From Candidatus Magasanikiibacteriota bacterium (GTDB lineage Bacteria; Patescibacteriota; Patescibacteriia; Magasanikbacterales; GWA2-37-8): a stretch of DNA of 64,000 nucleotides. Below, piece after piece: positions 28,591 to 39,172 of the stretch; position 1 is the stretch's first letter, and each line of letters opens with the position of its first letter. The stretch lies in the NCBI GenBank assembly GCA_030650025.1, contig JAUSEN010000005.1:3631-67630 (forward strand). The letters run 5' to 3'. The translations under genes and the position numbers were made by a program. The notes under the pieces are model-generated. The model saw only the letters and a program-made list of their open reading frames with translations. It had not been told where the DNA came from and ran no database searches.

Positions 28591-29010
28591 TTGCCGAGAG
28601 GGAATAAGGAAGTCAATAACTTCGGCGATTTCCTTCGCCGCTGGCGAAAAGAGCGGGATTTAAAACAGTACGAGTTGGCCAAAGAGGTCGGCGTACCCCA
28701 AGGCACTATTTCGGCTTGGGAAGTCGGACGCCAAAAACCGCAGGGAGAGTCTCTCCGTAACTTATCCCAGGTTTTGGGCATCACCTTGGTTAAAATCATG
28801 GGGCTGCTGAACCAACCAACGACAGCAAACAGGTTTCTCCTTATTATGCCGCCGCAACCGGTCTCTAAGGAGGACCTGGCGTTTGTACAAACAGTGATGG
28901 AGGGGCTTGGGCGAAGTAGCATCGAACCAGAGCTGCTGATGCATCTCATTACCCTCCGCCAGAACAGCGCTCCCGCCCCCTCGGTGGCGAAACCAAAAAC
29001 CGAGGACTGA
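28591..29010 (+). CDS. XRE/Cro-family HTH regulator
   Basis: LRRWRKERDLKQYELAKEVGVPQGTISAWEVG; AAGGAGGT before TTG 28591. Confidence 0.85.
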   Translation: MPRGNKEVNNFGDFLRRWRKERDLKQYELAKEVGVPQGTISAWEVGRQKPQGESLRNLSQVLGITLVKIMGLLNQPTTANRFLLIMPPQPVSKEDLAFVQTVMEGLGRSSIEPELLMHLITLRQNSAPAPSVAKPKTED

Positions 29011-29138
29011 GCCGGGCAGTTTCAAAAGCCGGCATTTCACCTTGCTCCTGCCACCTCGACTACGCTCAGCACGGGAGCAAATCAAGGCAAAAAATCCCAA
29101 TCATTTAGAAAGGGATTTTTTGTTAACAAAATTTTTCT

Positions 29139-31973
29139 TTATAATTTTATTGTCTCCAGCTCATTCCAATTTTTTCCTGCTTTAACTTCGACTCGAACCG
29201 GGACAAGCAATTTTACCACGTTCTCCATGATATCTTTAACCAGCGCGCCAACTTCCGTGGCGCTATTTTTATCCACTTCAAAAATTAATTCATCGTGAAC
29301 TTGGAGGAGTAATTGGACTTTGGACCCTAGACTTTGCCTGCCCGCAACGGCTTCGCCGTAGCGAAGTCGGGCGGGGACTTTGGACGCGACCGCGATCATG
29401 GCCATTTTCATGAGGTCCGCGGCGGTGCCTTGAATGGGGTGGTTAATAGCCATGCGCTCGGCCGCGGAGCGCAGTTGAAAGTTGCTGGCGGTGAGCTCGG
29501 GGATATAACGGCGGCGTCCAAAGAGAGTCTCGCAGTAGCCATTCTCTCTGGTAAATTGTAAAGTTCCGTCCAGATATTTCTTGACGCCGCTAAACTCGCT
29601 AAAATATTTTTTAATAAAATCCCGAGCCTCGGCGTGGGGGATCTCGGCGCGCCAAGCCAAGCCATAAGCGCCCATGCCATAAAGAATGCCAAAATTAACT
29701 TCTTTGGCACTGCGCCGCATTTCTTTGGATACGTCTTTAAGAGGCACGCCATGGATAGCGGCGGCCGTAGCGGTATGGACATCTTCACCAGCCTCAAAAA
29801 TTTCCATGAGGCGCTTATCTTTAGCGAGCGAGGCGACAATGCGCAGTTCAATTTGAGAATAATCGGCGCTTAATAAAACTTTGCCCGGAGGAGCGATAAA
29901 CGCGGAGCGAATGGCTCGCCCGAGAGCAGTACGAACGGGGATGTTTTGTAAATTAGGTTCAGAACTCGAAAGGCGCCCGGTGGCTGTCACCGCCTGATTA
30001 AACGTAGTGTGAATCCGACCGGTGGTTTTGTTTATTAAGGTCGGGAGAACGTCGATGTAAGTATTTTGGAGCTTGGCTAATTCGCGATATTCTTGAATTT
30101 CGTCAACCACCAGATGCACGCCACGCAATTTCTCCAATTGTTCGGCATCAGTAGAGAGGCCAGTTTTGCCTTTTTTTAAACCCGCGGTCGGAATTTGTAA
30201 TTTGTCGAATAAGACTTCGCGTAGTTGGAGAGGCGAAGCAATATTAAATTCCATGCCCGCTAATTTATAAATTTTTTGCGTTAAATTTTTGATAGCTTCA
30301 GCCACGTCTGTAGACAGCCCGCCGAGCTTGACCCGATCAATACTAATCCCGGCCAGTTCCATAGCGACCAACACTTTAATAAGAGGCATTTCCACATTAG
30401 TAAATAAACCTAAATTATTGGCGCTCTCTAATTCTTGTTTTAAAATTTTTCCAGCAGTAGCTAAATAAAATAATTCTTGCGCCGCGGCCCGGGCGTCAAA
30501 GCCAAATAAACTTTCCTGGCCACTGCCGGCTGTCAATTCTTTGCCTAAAGTTTTTAAAATGATCGCGGCGCTATCGTGGGCGCGACTGCCGGGCTGAAGC
30601 AGGTAGGAGGCGATCATGGTGTCGAAAAGATGGCACGCGAGACCCCCTCCCCGCCCGACTTCGCTACGGCGAAGCCGTTGCGGGCGGGCTGGCTCCCCCT
30701 TTGCGAAGGGGGAGGAATGAATTGTCAAAATCTTTACCAATTGTTTTAAATCGTGGCCGATGACTGTGATTTCTGGGTTGGTAAAAATTCCGTCAATTAC
30801 GTAGGGGCGGGGTAACCCCGCCCCTACGGGATATTGATTTAAATTGTTCGGGACAAAAAAACCTTCGTTACCAACGACAATCACAAACCCATTTAAATTT
30901 CCGGAAAAAACATCATTGCCAGAGAAAGCGGCGCGACAAGCAAATTCTTTGGCGATTAAAATTTTCTCAACTAAATTTTTTACTTCTGATGTCGATTTTA
31001 TTTCTGTAAAAATAAAATCGATTAATTTTTGGCTTTTTTTAATTTTTGGTTTTTTTTCTTCGGCAGTATCAGGGCTCCCCGGCAAACGTTTTAATAGCGA
31101 AATAAATTCCAATTTTTGAAATAAGGCCGTAATCGGACCACGATCCAGCTCTTTAATAGCGCAATCCTCCAATTTAAAATTTAACCCCGGCACAGCGTTA
31201 TCTAATTTGGAAAGTTCATAGCTCATCTCGGCGCTCTCTTCGCCGGCAATTAATTTCTGAAGCACTCCGGGTTTAATTTTTTTGGTTAATTGTTCTTTGC
31301 TAGTTGTTAATTGTTTATAAATATTTTTTAAACTGCCAAATTCTTTAATTAAATCAGTCGCGGTTTTGGCGCCAATGCCCGGCACGCCGGGGATATTGTC
31401 CGAAGCATCACCGCGCAAGGCTTTGTAATCGAGCATCAGCTCGGGCCCAAAACCATACCTGTCTTTTACCGCCTTTTCATCATAAATAACCGTATCAGAC
31501 AAACCTTTTTTAAGAGTATAAACTTTTATGCCATCGTGCACGAGTTGCAGGGTGTCCATGTCGCCCGTGACGATAAATATTTCTAGTTCTTTATTTTGGG
31601 CTAATTTTTTATTTATCTCCACCAATGTGCCAATAACATCATCGGCTTCGTAGCCTTCCTGCTCAAAAATCGGGAATTTAAAAGCGCGTACTAAATCGTG
31701 CACCAGGGGAATTTGCGAATACAGTTCCGGATCAGCCTTAACGCGCGTGGCTTTGTATTGATCATAGCGTTTTAAGCGGGCATGGCTGCCGCCCGCCACA
31801 TCAAAAGTAACGGCTAGATGCGTGGGCTTTAAGTCTTTAAGGGTCTTTAAAAGCATGGAAGTAAAGCCATAGACAGCATTAACCATGAGCCCGCTTTTAG
31901 TATTCATGGGCGGAATAGCGTGGTAAGCCCGATGGATAATGGCGTTACCATCGATAATTACTAATCGGTTCAT
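29139..31973 (-). CDS. polA: DNA polymerase I
   Basis: IIDGN..HRAYHA, YEADD, TGRLSS, DYSQIELR, LQVHDEL. Confidence 0.97.
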   Translation of the reverse strand: MNRLVIIDGNAIIHRAYHAIPPMNTKSGLMVNAVYGFTSMLLKTLKDLKPTHLAVTFDVAGGSHARLKRYDQYKATRVKADPELYSQIPLVHDLVRAFKFPIFEQEGYEADDVIGTLVEINKKLAQNKELEIFIVTGDMDTLQLVHDGIKVYTLKKGLSDTVIYDEKAVKDRYGFGPELMLDYKALRGDASDNIPGVPGIGAKTATDLIKEFGSLKNIYKQLTTSKEQLTKKIKPGVLQKLIAGEESAEMSYELSKLDNAVPGLNFKLEDCAIKELDRGPITALFQKLEFISLLKRLPGSPDTAEEKKPKIKKSQKLIDFIFTEIKSTSEVKNLVEKILIAKEFACRAAFSGNDVFSGNLNGFVIVVGNEGFFVPNNLNQYPVGAGLPRPYVIDGIFTNPEITVIGHDLKQLVKILTIHSSPFAKGEPARPQRLRRSEVGRGGGLACHLFDTMIASYLLQPGSRAHDSAAIILKTLGKELTAGSGQESLFGFDARAAAQELFYLATAGKILKQELESANNLGLFTNVEMPLIKVLVAMELAGISIDRVKLGGLSTDVAEAIKNLTQKIYKLAGMEFNIASPLQLREVLFDKLQIPTAGLKKGKTGLSTDAEQLEKLRGVHLVVDEIQEYRELAKLQNTYIDVLPTLINKTTGRIHTTFNQAVTATGRLSSSEPNLQNIPVRTALGRAIRSAFIAPPGKVLLSADYSQIELRIVASLAKDKRLMEIFEAGEDVHTATAAAIHGVPLKDVSKEMRRSAKEVNFGILYGMGAYGLAWRAEIPHAEARDFIKKYFSEFSGVKKYLDGTLQFTRENGYCETLFGRRRYIPELTASNFQLRSAAERMAINHPIQGTAADLMKMAMIAVASKVPARLRYGEAVAGRQSLGSKVQLLLQVHDELIFEVDKNSATEVGALVKDIMENVVKLLVPVRVEVKAGKNWNELETIKL
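29337..29375. repeat. 39-nt palindromic element in polA; inverted copy (38/39) at 30650-30688
   Basis: cctgcccgcaacggcttcgccgtagcgaagtcgggcggg. Confidence 0.9.
30800..30828. repeat. GTAG-type REP-like palindrome in polA
   Basis: cgtaggggcgggg-taa-ccccgcccctacg. Confidence 0.88.
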
Positions 31974-32060
31974 GTTTGGAATTTTTAAAATAGACTACTC
32001 GATCATTATAACTCGTCCTGTTCAACTTGAAAAGTTGTTTGTTTTGTGGTATTTTTAGAG

Positions 32061-32136
32061 CCACGGCCCGATAGCCAAGTTAGAAAGGCAAAGGTCTGCC
32101 TCCCTACGGGAGATCCCCCGCAGGGGGACAAAACCT
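32061..32136 (+). pseudogene. Duplicated 5' half of tRNA-Cys with a 30-nt double-hairpin insert in the anticodon
   Basis: Identical to 32156-32201 apart from the insert at 32099-32128. Confidence 0.88.
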
Positions 32137-32159
32137 ATTATAAACTTATTAATTACCAC

Positions 32160-32232
32160 GGCCCGATAGCCAAGTTAGAAAGGCAAAGGTCTGCAAAACC
32201 TTCATGCGCGGGTGCAACTCCCGCTCGGGCCT
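32160..32232 (+). tRNA. tRNA-Cys(GCA)
   Basis: ggcccga/tcgggcc acceptor, U73, aaggt-ctGCAaa-acctt; atypical D-loop (AG) and T-loop (TGCAACT). Confidence 0.9.
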
Positions 32233-32236
32233 CACT

Positions 32237-32500
32237 GTGTACTACGTTTACGCACTGCAAAGTCTGAAAAATAAAAATTGGCTATATATTGGCTCGTCAG
32301 AAAATTTACGGGCCCGTTTTGATGAACATACAAGCGGAAAAGTTATTTCTACAGCTAAATATAGACCACTTCGATTAGTTTATTACGAAGCATTTCTGAA
32401 CAAGAAAGATGCGACTCTACGAGAATATCAGCTTAAACATAATAGCCAGCAGAAAGAACAGCTAAAACTTAAACTTATCAATTCTCTTCAGGCTGAATAG
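32237..32500 (+). CDS. Small stand-alone GIY-YIG nuclease
   Basis: YVY..LYIG..NLRARFDEH..YYE..REYQLK; GTG 4 nt after tRNA-Cys. Confidence 0.9.
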   Translation: MYYVYALQSLKNKNWLYIGSSENLRARFDEHTSGKVISTAKYRPLRLVYYEAFLNKKDATLREYQLKHNSQQKEQLKLKLINSLQAE

Positions 32501-32555
32501 TTGGGTGTCCCCCTGCGGGGGATCTCCCGTAGGGAGACAAGTCCCTCCGTGGCCT
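32501..32555 (+). pseudogene. 3' fragment of a different tRNA-Cys-like gene with the inverted 30-nt insert in its T-loop
   Basis: ggg-tg[32508-32537]caagt-ccctc-cgtggcc-t resembles ggg-tgcaact-cccgc-tcgggcc-t. Confidence 0.65.
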
Positions 32556-32596
32556 CACAATTTTCTTGTTTCTTGCCTGGCAAGATTTTTTTATTT

Positions 32597-33928
32597 TTAT
32601 CTCACGTATCCGAGCGGGTTGCGACGGACGCCGTTGATAATAATTTCAAAATGCAAGTGAATGCCTGTCTTGCCGCGCACTTTGCCGGTGTTGCCCATGA
32701 GGCCAATAGTTTGGCCGGCGTCAACATAGTCGCCCGGTGAAACCAAGAGCACAGAGTTGTGGCCATAAAGAGTTTTGACGCCGCCGCCGTGGTCAATAAT
32801 AATCATACAGCCATAGCCGCTATTCCAACCACATTGCGCCTTTTCCACGGTGCCAGCTTTAGCGGCATAGTTAGGGGTTTGCCAAGAGCCGGCAACATCA
32901 AGGGCGTGGTGCTTCCAGCTATAATACTGGGTTATCATGCGCGCGCCGCTTGGCCAAATAAACCCGCTGGCCGAGGGGCCAGACAAAGAACGCGGCGGCG
33001 CGGCGCGTACCGCGGCGCTCCCGGTAGTGCGCCCTTTGGTAGCGAGAGGCACACCGCTGACTTTTTTGACACCGCCCGGGATCATCACGCGATCGCCGAT
33101 AATCAGGTTGGTCGCTTTTTGATTCAGATTATTAAAAGCAATAATATCATCGACTTTGGCAGTATACAGTTTGGCAATTTTTTGAATGGTATCTCCTTTT
33201 TTGACAGTATGCATCACGCCATCAACCGGAGGAATTTTAAGAATCAGGCCGGGACGAATTAGGGTTCTTTCAGTAAGGCCGTTCTCCCATAAAATAGTAG
33301 CTAGCTTGATATTGAAGCGCGCGGCAATTAAATTAAGCGAGTCGCCCGGGTTAACTTCGTAATTAATGGTTGTTTGGCGCGCAGTCAAAGAAACACTAAT
33401 TGCCCCGGGCAACATAATGGGCTTAAGCAGGGCACTGCCGCCAGCCACGGCGCTCATGGCTAGCTCTTCATAATTAAAAGCGGCGTCAGCACCTGAAACT
33501 CTTTGGGATTCTAAGGACCCAATTCGCCGGTTAGCCGGCACGGGGGCGAGGGGGATTTCCGCGAGAGTCACCTCTTGAATTTCGGATTTATCATCTAGCC
33601 CAATTAAGGTATAAGCCAGGGTGCGGCGGCCGGCCAGGGCCGGGTCTGTTTTCGCTAAAAGGCGCGTTTGAGGTAGAGCTACCAAAAAAAGCGCTCCAAA
33701 AAGCGCTGTTTGCATTAAACCGCGCCCCCACAGCACGGTGGCAAGGCCGCTGGCCAAACTTTTTTTGAAACGATAAAAAATCTTGTATTTTAACCACAAT
33801 ACCCCTTTGACTACAGGCCAAAGGGCCACCCCGGCTCCCTTACCCAAAACCCGCCCTCCCCACCAGAGAGCGCGCTTGAGATAGATAAAACCTCGTAAAA
33901 TTAACAAAAGAACTTGATATTTCTTCAT
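32597..33928 (-). CDS. LysM plus M23 peptidase
   Basis: Two LysM repeats; HHALD, TLYGH, HLHFE. Confidence 0.92.
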   Translation of the reverse strand: MKKYQVLLLILRGFIYLKRALWWGGRVLGKGAGVALWPVVKGVLWLKYKIFYRFKKSLASGLATVLWGRGLMQTALFGALFLVALPQTRLLAKTDPALAGRRTLAYTLIGLDDKSEIQEVTLAEIPLAPVPANRRIGSLESQRVSGADAAFNYEELAMSAVAGGSALLKPIMLPGAISVSLTARQTTINYEVNPGDSLNLIAARFNIKLATILWENGLTERTLIRPGLILKIPPVDGVMHTVKKGDTIQKIAKLYTAKVDDIIAFNNLNQKATNLIIGDRVMIPGGVKKVSGVPLATKGRTTGSAAVRAAPPRSLSGPSASGFIWPSGARMITQYYSWKHHALDVAGSWQTPNYAAKAGTVEKAQCGWNSGYGCMIIIDHGGGVKTLYGHNSVLLVSPGDYVDAGQTIGLMGNTGKVRGKTGIHLHFEIIINGVRRNPLGYVR

Positions 33929-34026
33929 AGGAGAAGTTGACGTGTGGGCAATTGTACCATATAATAGAGCCCGAATCAACGGTAACAATCACCGTTTTCG
34001 TTAATTCATATATTAATTTATTAGTT

Positions 34027-36027
34027 ATGTCAGCAACTTTAGTAATCGTTATTTTAGCACTATTGCCAGCAATTTTGGCTATCGCCTATGGCGTAATATT
34101 AATCATCTGGATAATGCGCCAGAGCCCGGGGGACGACCGCATGCAAGCGATTGCTCGGGCTATCCAACAGGGGGCTAGGGCCTACCTGGTCAGGCAATAT
34201 CGCACTATTGCCTTCGTGGCGGCTGTTTTATTTGTGCTCCTCGGTATTGTGCTTGATTGGACCACGGCTGTTGGGTTCTTAGTTGGGGCAACTTGCTCTG
34301 GCCTCGCGGGGATTATTGGCATGAGCGTGTCAGTGCGCGCCAATGTCCGCACTGCCGAAGCAGCCAAAAGCGGGTTTGCCAAAGCTTTAAACATGGCGGT
34401 CCGAGGCGGATCAATTACCGGTCTGCTCGTGGCGGGCTTAGGGCTTTTGTCAGTAGCGGTCTTTTATTTAATCACTAAAAATGTGCCGGCCTTAATTGGC
34501 CTTGGATTTGGCGGTAGCTTGATCTCGGTTTTCGCGCGCATTGGCGGGGGTATTTTTACTAAAGCCGCGGATGTCGGAGCTGATCTTGTTGGTAAAGTGG
34601 AAAAGGGCATTCCCGAGGACGATCCCCGAAACCCGGCGGTAATCGCGGACAATGTGGGCGATAATGTCGGCGATTGCGCGGGCATGGCCGCGGATTTGTT
34701 TGAAACTTATGCCATTACCACGATTGCGGCCATGGTGCTCGCGAGTTTGCTATTTCCAAGCAATGAACGCGCTGTCGTGTACCCTCTAGTTTTGGGCGGG
34801 GTGTCCTTGGTTGCTTCAATCATCGGGACTCTCGCTATACGCCTCGGAAAAAATAACGACCAAAATGTGATGCGCGCCCTATACAAAGGTTTAATCGTGA
34901 CCGGTCTTATCTCGCTAGTCGCTTATTACCCAATCACTAATTGGTTAGTGGGAAGCTTGCCTTTTGCCAAAAATTTTCTCTTCTACACCACGATAATCGG
35001 CTTGGTTTTAACCGGCCTCATGGTTTGGATCACTGAATATTATACTTCCACTGCTCATAAGCCGGTCCAAAACATCGCCAAGGCGAGCGTGACTGGGCAT
35101 GGCACCAATGTAATTGCCGGCCTCGCGGTATCGATGCGCTCCACGGCCTGGCCAGTCTTGGCAATTGTCGCGGCCATGCTTGGGGCATATGGCTTAGCCG
35201 GTATTTATGGCGTCGCTGTCGCGGCTGTGGCCATGTTGTCCTTGGCTGGTATTATAGTGACAATCGATTCCTATGGCCCAATTACGGACAATGCCGGCGG
35301 CATTGCGGAAATGGCCAACCTGCCAGAGAGCGTGCGCGCGGTGACTGACCCTTTAGACGCTGTTGGCAACACCACCAAAGCAGTAACAAAAGGCTACGCG
35401 ATTGCGTCCGCTGGCCTCGCCGCGCTCGTTTTGTTCGCGGACTTCACTCACAAGCTCCCGGAGGGGACTAAATTTTTAATTAATGACCCCAAAGTCTTAG
35501 CCGGTTTATTTATCGGCGGGCTCTTGCCATATTTGTTTGGCGCGATGCTTATGGAATCAGTTGGTAAGGTAGCCGGTAAAGTGGTGGAAGAAGTGCGCCG
35601 CCAATTTAAAGAAATCGCCGGCATTATGGAAGGCACGGGCAAGCCAGATTACGCGGCCTGCTCGGACATTGTGACGCGTGACGCGATTCGCCAAATGATT
35701 GTGCCTTCGCTGTTGCCGATTGTCATGCCCATTGTGGTCGGATATTTTTTGGGAGTAGAGGCGCTCGGCGGACTGCTGGTTGGCACTATTATCACCGGCT
35801 TGTTCGTGGCTATCAGCATGACCACGGGCGGCGGCGCCTGGGACAATGCCAAGAAATATATTGAAAAAGGGAATTACGGCGGCAAAGGCGGCGAAGCGCA
35901 CAAAGCCGCGGTGACCGGTGACACGGTCGGCGACCCTTACAAAGACACGGCCGGGCCAGCCATTAACCCGATGATTAAGGTGGCGAATATTGTGGCTCTG
36001 CTCATCGTGGGGTTGCTAATAAAATAG
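34027..36027 (+). CDS. hppA: Membrane H+-translocating pyrophosphatase, K+-independent type
   Basis: [26 protein letters not shown]; GNTTKA carries the Lys determinant. Confidence 0.95.
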   Translation: MSATLVIVILALLPAILAIAYGVILIIWIMRQSPGDDRMQAIARAIQQGARAYLVRQYRTIAFVAAVLFVLLGIVLDWTTAVGFLVGATCSGLAGIIGMSVSVRANVRTAEAAKSGFAKALNMAVRGGSITGLLVAGLGLLSVAVFYLITKNVPALIGLGFGGSLISVFARIGGGIFTKAADVGADLVGKVEKGIPEDDPRNPAVIADNVGDNVGDCAGMAADLFETYAITTIAAMVLASLLFPSNERAVVYPLVLGGVSLVASIIGTLAIRLGKNNDQNVMRALYKGLIVTGLISLVAYYPITNWLVGSLPFAKNFLFYTTIIGLVLTGLMVWITEYYTSTAHKPVQNIAKASVTGHGTNVIAGLAVSMRSTAWPVLAIVAAMLGAYGLAGIYGVAVAAVAMLSLAGIIVTIDSYGPITDNAGGIAEMANLPESVRAVTDPLDAVGNTTKAVTKGYAIASAGLAALVLFADFTHKLPEGTKFLINDPKVLAGLFIGGLLPYLFGAMLMESVGKVAGKVVEEVRRQFKEIAGIMEGTGKPDYAACSDIVTRDAIRQMIVPSLLPIVMPIVVGYFLGVEALGGLLVGTIITGLFVAISMTTGGGAWDNAKKYIEKGNYGGKGGEAHKAAVTGDTVGDPYKDTAGPAINPMIKVANIVALLIVGLLIK

Positions 36028-36087
36028 GCCTGCGGTTGACAGTGGTTGCTGGCGGCAGTATGATAATTAAGCAACATAATTTATTGT

Positions 36088-36309
36088 ATGCCTAAGAAAA
36101 CTATTGATGAAAAAATCGATGATTTGGCTGTAGCCATGGCCACGGGTTTTACCGCGGTTGATAAAAAAATGGAAAAACTTCCCACTAAAGAATACCTGAC
36201 GGACTATGTGGATAAAAAATTCTCCAACCTGCCGGACAAGGCATATTTAGACGACAAACTGGCCAATCTAAAAGGTGACCTATTGGAACCATCCGCGCAG
36301 CTTCTCTAA
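36088..36309 (+). CDS. Small hypothetical protein with an internal LPxKxYLxD repeat
   Basis: 73-aa ORF with its own promoter-like and terminator sequences. Confidence 0.6.
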   Translation: MPKKTIDEKIDDLAVAMATGFTAVDKKMEKLPTKEYLTDYVDKKFSNLPDKAYLDDKLANLKGDLLEPSAQLL

Positions 36310-36506
36310 ATTTTAAAAATTTAAAAATCCTCTCGTGAAAACGGGAGGATTTTTATTTTTGATAAGCGGGTTGACAGAGACAATCTTTTTCGCTAAACTG
36401 CCACTACTTTAATTAATCTTTAGAGCATCGCCAACCTCCCCTTCGGTCTTCTGCTGGGCGCAGAAAATCCTTGGGGTCGGCACGGCAGAGTCTTGTACAA
36501 ACAAAT

Positions 36507-37787
36507 ATGTCCTACGAATTTAAAAAACTAGAGAAATCTCAAGCGGAGTTTATAATCACGATTAAACCAGAGGAATATAAAAAGGATTTAGAAAAAGCCG
36601 CGGTGCGCTTAAGCGAGCGGGCGGCGATTAAAGGTTTTCGGCCAGGGAAAGCGCCCTACGAAATGGTAAAACAACAGCTTGGCGAATTAAAAATTTTAGA
36701 GGAGGCCTTGCAGTCGATCGTCGCGCGGACGTTTTTTGAAGCCGTGACTACCGAAAAATTAATTACGATTGGCCAGCCGGATGTAAAAATAGAAAAATTA
36801 GCGCCGGGCAATGATTTGATTTTTAAAGCCACGGCGGCGCTCCTCCCGGTAGTAACACTTCCTAATTTAAACGAAATTAAAATAGAAAAAAAGGCAGTGG
36901 CAGTGGGTGATAAAGAAGTTGGCGAAACTCTCGACAATTTGAAAAAGATGCAATCTAAGGAAGTAATAAAAAATGGCCCGGCGACTAAAGAAGACAAAGT
37001 AATAATCGCGATGGAAATGTTTTTGGATAAAGTTCCGGTGGAAGGCGGCCAGGCGCCTAACCACCAAGTATACTTGAGCGAAGCGCATTATATCCCGGGT
37101 TTAGCCGAGCAATTAGTTGGCCTCAAAAAAGATGAGTTAAAAGAGTTTAATTTAAAATTCCCGGCCGACCACTACCAAAAACATATTGCCGGCAGAAATG
37201 TTGATTTTAAAATCAAAGTAAAAGACGTTTTTACTCTGGAGTACCCCGAAGTTGATGATGTCTTTGCCAAAGCGCTTGGCCAAGCCAGTGTGGCCAAGCT
37301 CAAAGAACTTCTGCTCGGCAACCTCACGCGTGAAGCCGAAAATAAAGAGGATCACCGCCAGGAAGAGGCCATTTTGGAGCAGATGATAGAAAAATCTAAA
37401 TTCGAGGACTTGCCCGAGATTTTAGTGGATTCGGAAAAACGCAAAATGTTTTACGAATTAAAAAATGACTTGGAACGCCGCGGCTTGGATATGGCTAAAT
37501 ATTTGCTGGACATCAAAAAAACCGAGGCCCAAATTTTTGCGGATTTTAAAGAAGGGGCCGAGAAGCGCGCCAAGGCCGCCTTAATTTCGCGCCAAGTGGC
37601 TAAAGACAATGATATAAAAGTAGAAAAGACGGAGTTGGACCAAGAAATTGAAGAAATCAAAAAAGCTTACCCGGGAGACGAAAAGGTGGCGAAAAATTTA
37701 AAACGGCCAGAAGTGATTGACACCATCGCCGCGACCGTGCAAAATAGGAAGGTAATTAGTTATCTAAAAGAAAAAATTATTACATAA
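36507..37787 (+). CDS. tig: Trigger factor
   Basis: GFRPGKAP signature; FKBP domain (YIPG, FPADY). Confidence 0.95.
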   Translation: MSYEFKKLEKSQAEFIITIKPEEYKKDLEKAAVRLSERAAIKGFRPGKAPYEMVKQQLGELKILEEALQSIVARTFFEAVTTEKLITIGQPDVKIEKLAPGNDLIFKATAALLPVVTLPNLNEIKIEKKAVAVGDKEVGETLDNLKKMQSKEVIKNGPATKEDKVIIAMEMFLDKVPVEGGQAPNHQVYLSEAHYIPGLAEQLVGLKKDELKEFNLKFPADHYQKHIAGRNVDFKIKVKDVFTLEYPEVDDVFAKALGQASVAKLKELLLGNLTREAENKEDHRQEEAILEQMIEKSKFEDLPEILVDSEKRKMFYELKNDLERRGLDMAKYLLDIKKTEAQIFADFKEGAEKRAKAALISRQVAKDNDIKVEKTELDQEIEEIKKAYPGDEKVAKNLKRPEVIDTIAATVQNRKVISYLKEKIIT

Positions 37788-37805
37788 AAATTTAATTCTA
37801 CTGGT

Positions 37806-38105
37806 ATGAGTGAAAACCTTGAAGCAGAGCAAATACGGGGTGCTGTCCAACAATTGTTTGCCCGCGCCGGCTATACATTTAGACGAGGAGATGCGGTTGT
37901 GGTAAAATTCCCAGATACAGGGAATGTTTTTCGAGATGCCATAGTTGCCGATTTTGGTTTTAATCCGCTGGGTAAATCTGGCGAACCGGCCATGTATATT
38001 CGTCGCCCCGAGGGGGCCCCGGGCCCAACCGACATGCTTTTTACATTACAAACAATTGGTGAGTGTATAGAAAAAAACTCTCCGGTACAGCCACAAAACA
38101 CATAA
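37806..38105 (+). CDS. Hypothetical protein
   Basis: 99-aa ORF tightly packed between tig and nfo. Confidence 0.6.
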   Translation: MSENLEAEQIRGAVQQLFARAGYTFRRGDAVVVKFPDTGNVFRDAIVADFGFNPLGKSGEPAMYIRRPEGAPGPTDMLFTLQTIGECIEKNSPVQPQNT

Positions 38106-38109
38106 CACT

Positions 38110-38943
38110 ATGCTCTTCGGCGCCCATGTTTCTATTGCCGGAGGCATTTTCAATGCCCCGCTCAATGCCGCGGCGATTGGCTGTGAGGTATTCCAAATGT
38201 TTACGCGTTCGCCACATGGTGGGCTCGTGAAACCTATTACACCAGAAGTGGCGGCGCTATTTAAAACCAACATGGCCTTATGCGCGCAGAGCGAATGCTA
38301 TATTCACGCGCCATATTTTATTAACTACGCGTCCGCTAACAATCGCATACGTTATGGATCAATCTCAGTAATACGACAAGAATTGGAGCGCGGAACGCTC
38401 CTCGGCGCTAAATATGTAATGGTGCACCTCGGAAGTTATAAAGATTTGGGCGCCAAAGAGGGTTTTAAACAGTTGGTGGAAGGGTTAGACAAAACCCTTA
38501 ATGGCTACCGCGGCAGTACAGAATTTTTAATTGAAATTACGGCCGGAGCGGGCCAAATTATCGGCGATACGTTTGAAGAAATTGCCAAAATTATTTATCA
38601 CTCAAAATTAAAAAAATATAATATTGGCGTGTGTTACGACACCCAACACGCGTTTGCGAGCGGATATGACTGCCGGACGCCAGCGCAGGTAGAAAAAACG
38701 CTCCGAGATTTTGATAAAATCATTGGCTTAAATAAATTAAAATTAGTACAATGCAACGATTCTAAGACCGAGTTTGGCTCGCACCACGACCGGCACGAAC
38801 ATATTGGACAAGGTAAAATTGGGTTAGCCGGCTTTAAAGCAATATTAGGCAATAAAGATTTTCAAAAAATAAATTTTGTTTTGGAAACGGAACATAATAA
38901 AGTGAGGGAGGATTTAAAAATTTTAAAAACCATTCGGGGTTGA
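38110..38943 (+). CDS. nfo: Endonuclease IV
   Basis: GAHVSIAGG, HAPYFIN, DTQH, NDSK...DRHEHIG. Confidence 0.95.
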   Translation: MLFGAHVSIAGGIFNAPLNAAAIGCEVFQMFTRSPHGGLVKPITPEVAALFKTNMALCAQSECYIHAPYFINYASANNRIRYGSISVIRQELERGTLLGAKYVMVHLGSYKDLGAKEGFKQLVEGLDKTLNGYRGSTEFLIEITAGAGQIIGDTFEEIAKIIYHSKLKKYNIGVCYDTQHAFASGYDCRTPAQVEKTLRDFDKIIGLNKLKLVQCNDSKTEFGSHHDRHEHIGQGKIGLAGFKAILGNKDFQKINFVLETEHNKVREDLKILKTIRG

Positions 38944-38953
38944 TTTATGAACT

Positions 38954-39172
38954 ATGAAAATCGCTGTACACCTCGTGCCAACGTCCGCCCAAAATAAAAT
39001 CGAGATTTTAACCGATGGTTCACTTAAAGCCTGGGTGACCGCGCCGCCGATTAATGGCGCGGCGAACGAGGCTTTAATAAAGCTACTGGCGGATTACTAT
39101 GGCGTTGCCAAAAGCCGCGTCCGGGTACGGCGCGGTTTTAAAAGCAGAAAAAAAGTTATAGAAATTATCTAA
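38954..39172 (+). CDS. DUF167 (YggU-like) protein
   Basis: [17 protein letters not shown]...G.KSRKK. Confidence 0.88.
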   Translation: MKIAVHLVPTSAQNKIEILTDGSLKAWVTAPPINGAANEALIKLLADYYGVAKSRVRVRRGFKSRKKVIEII

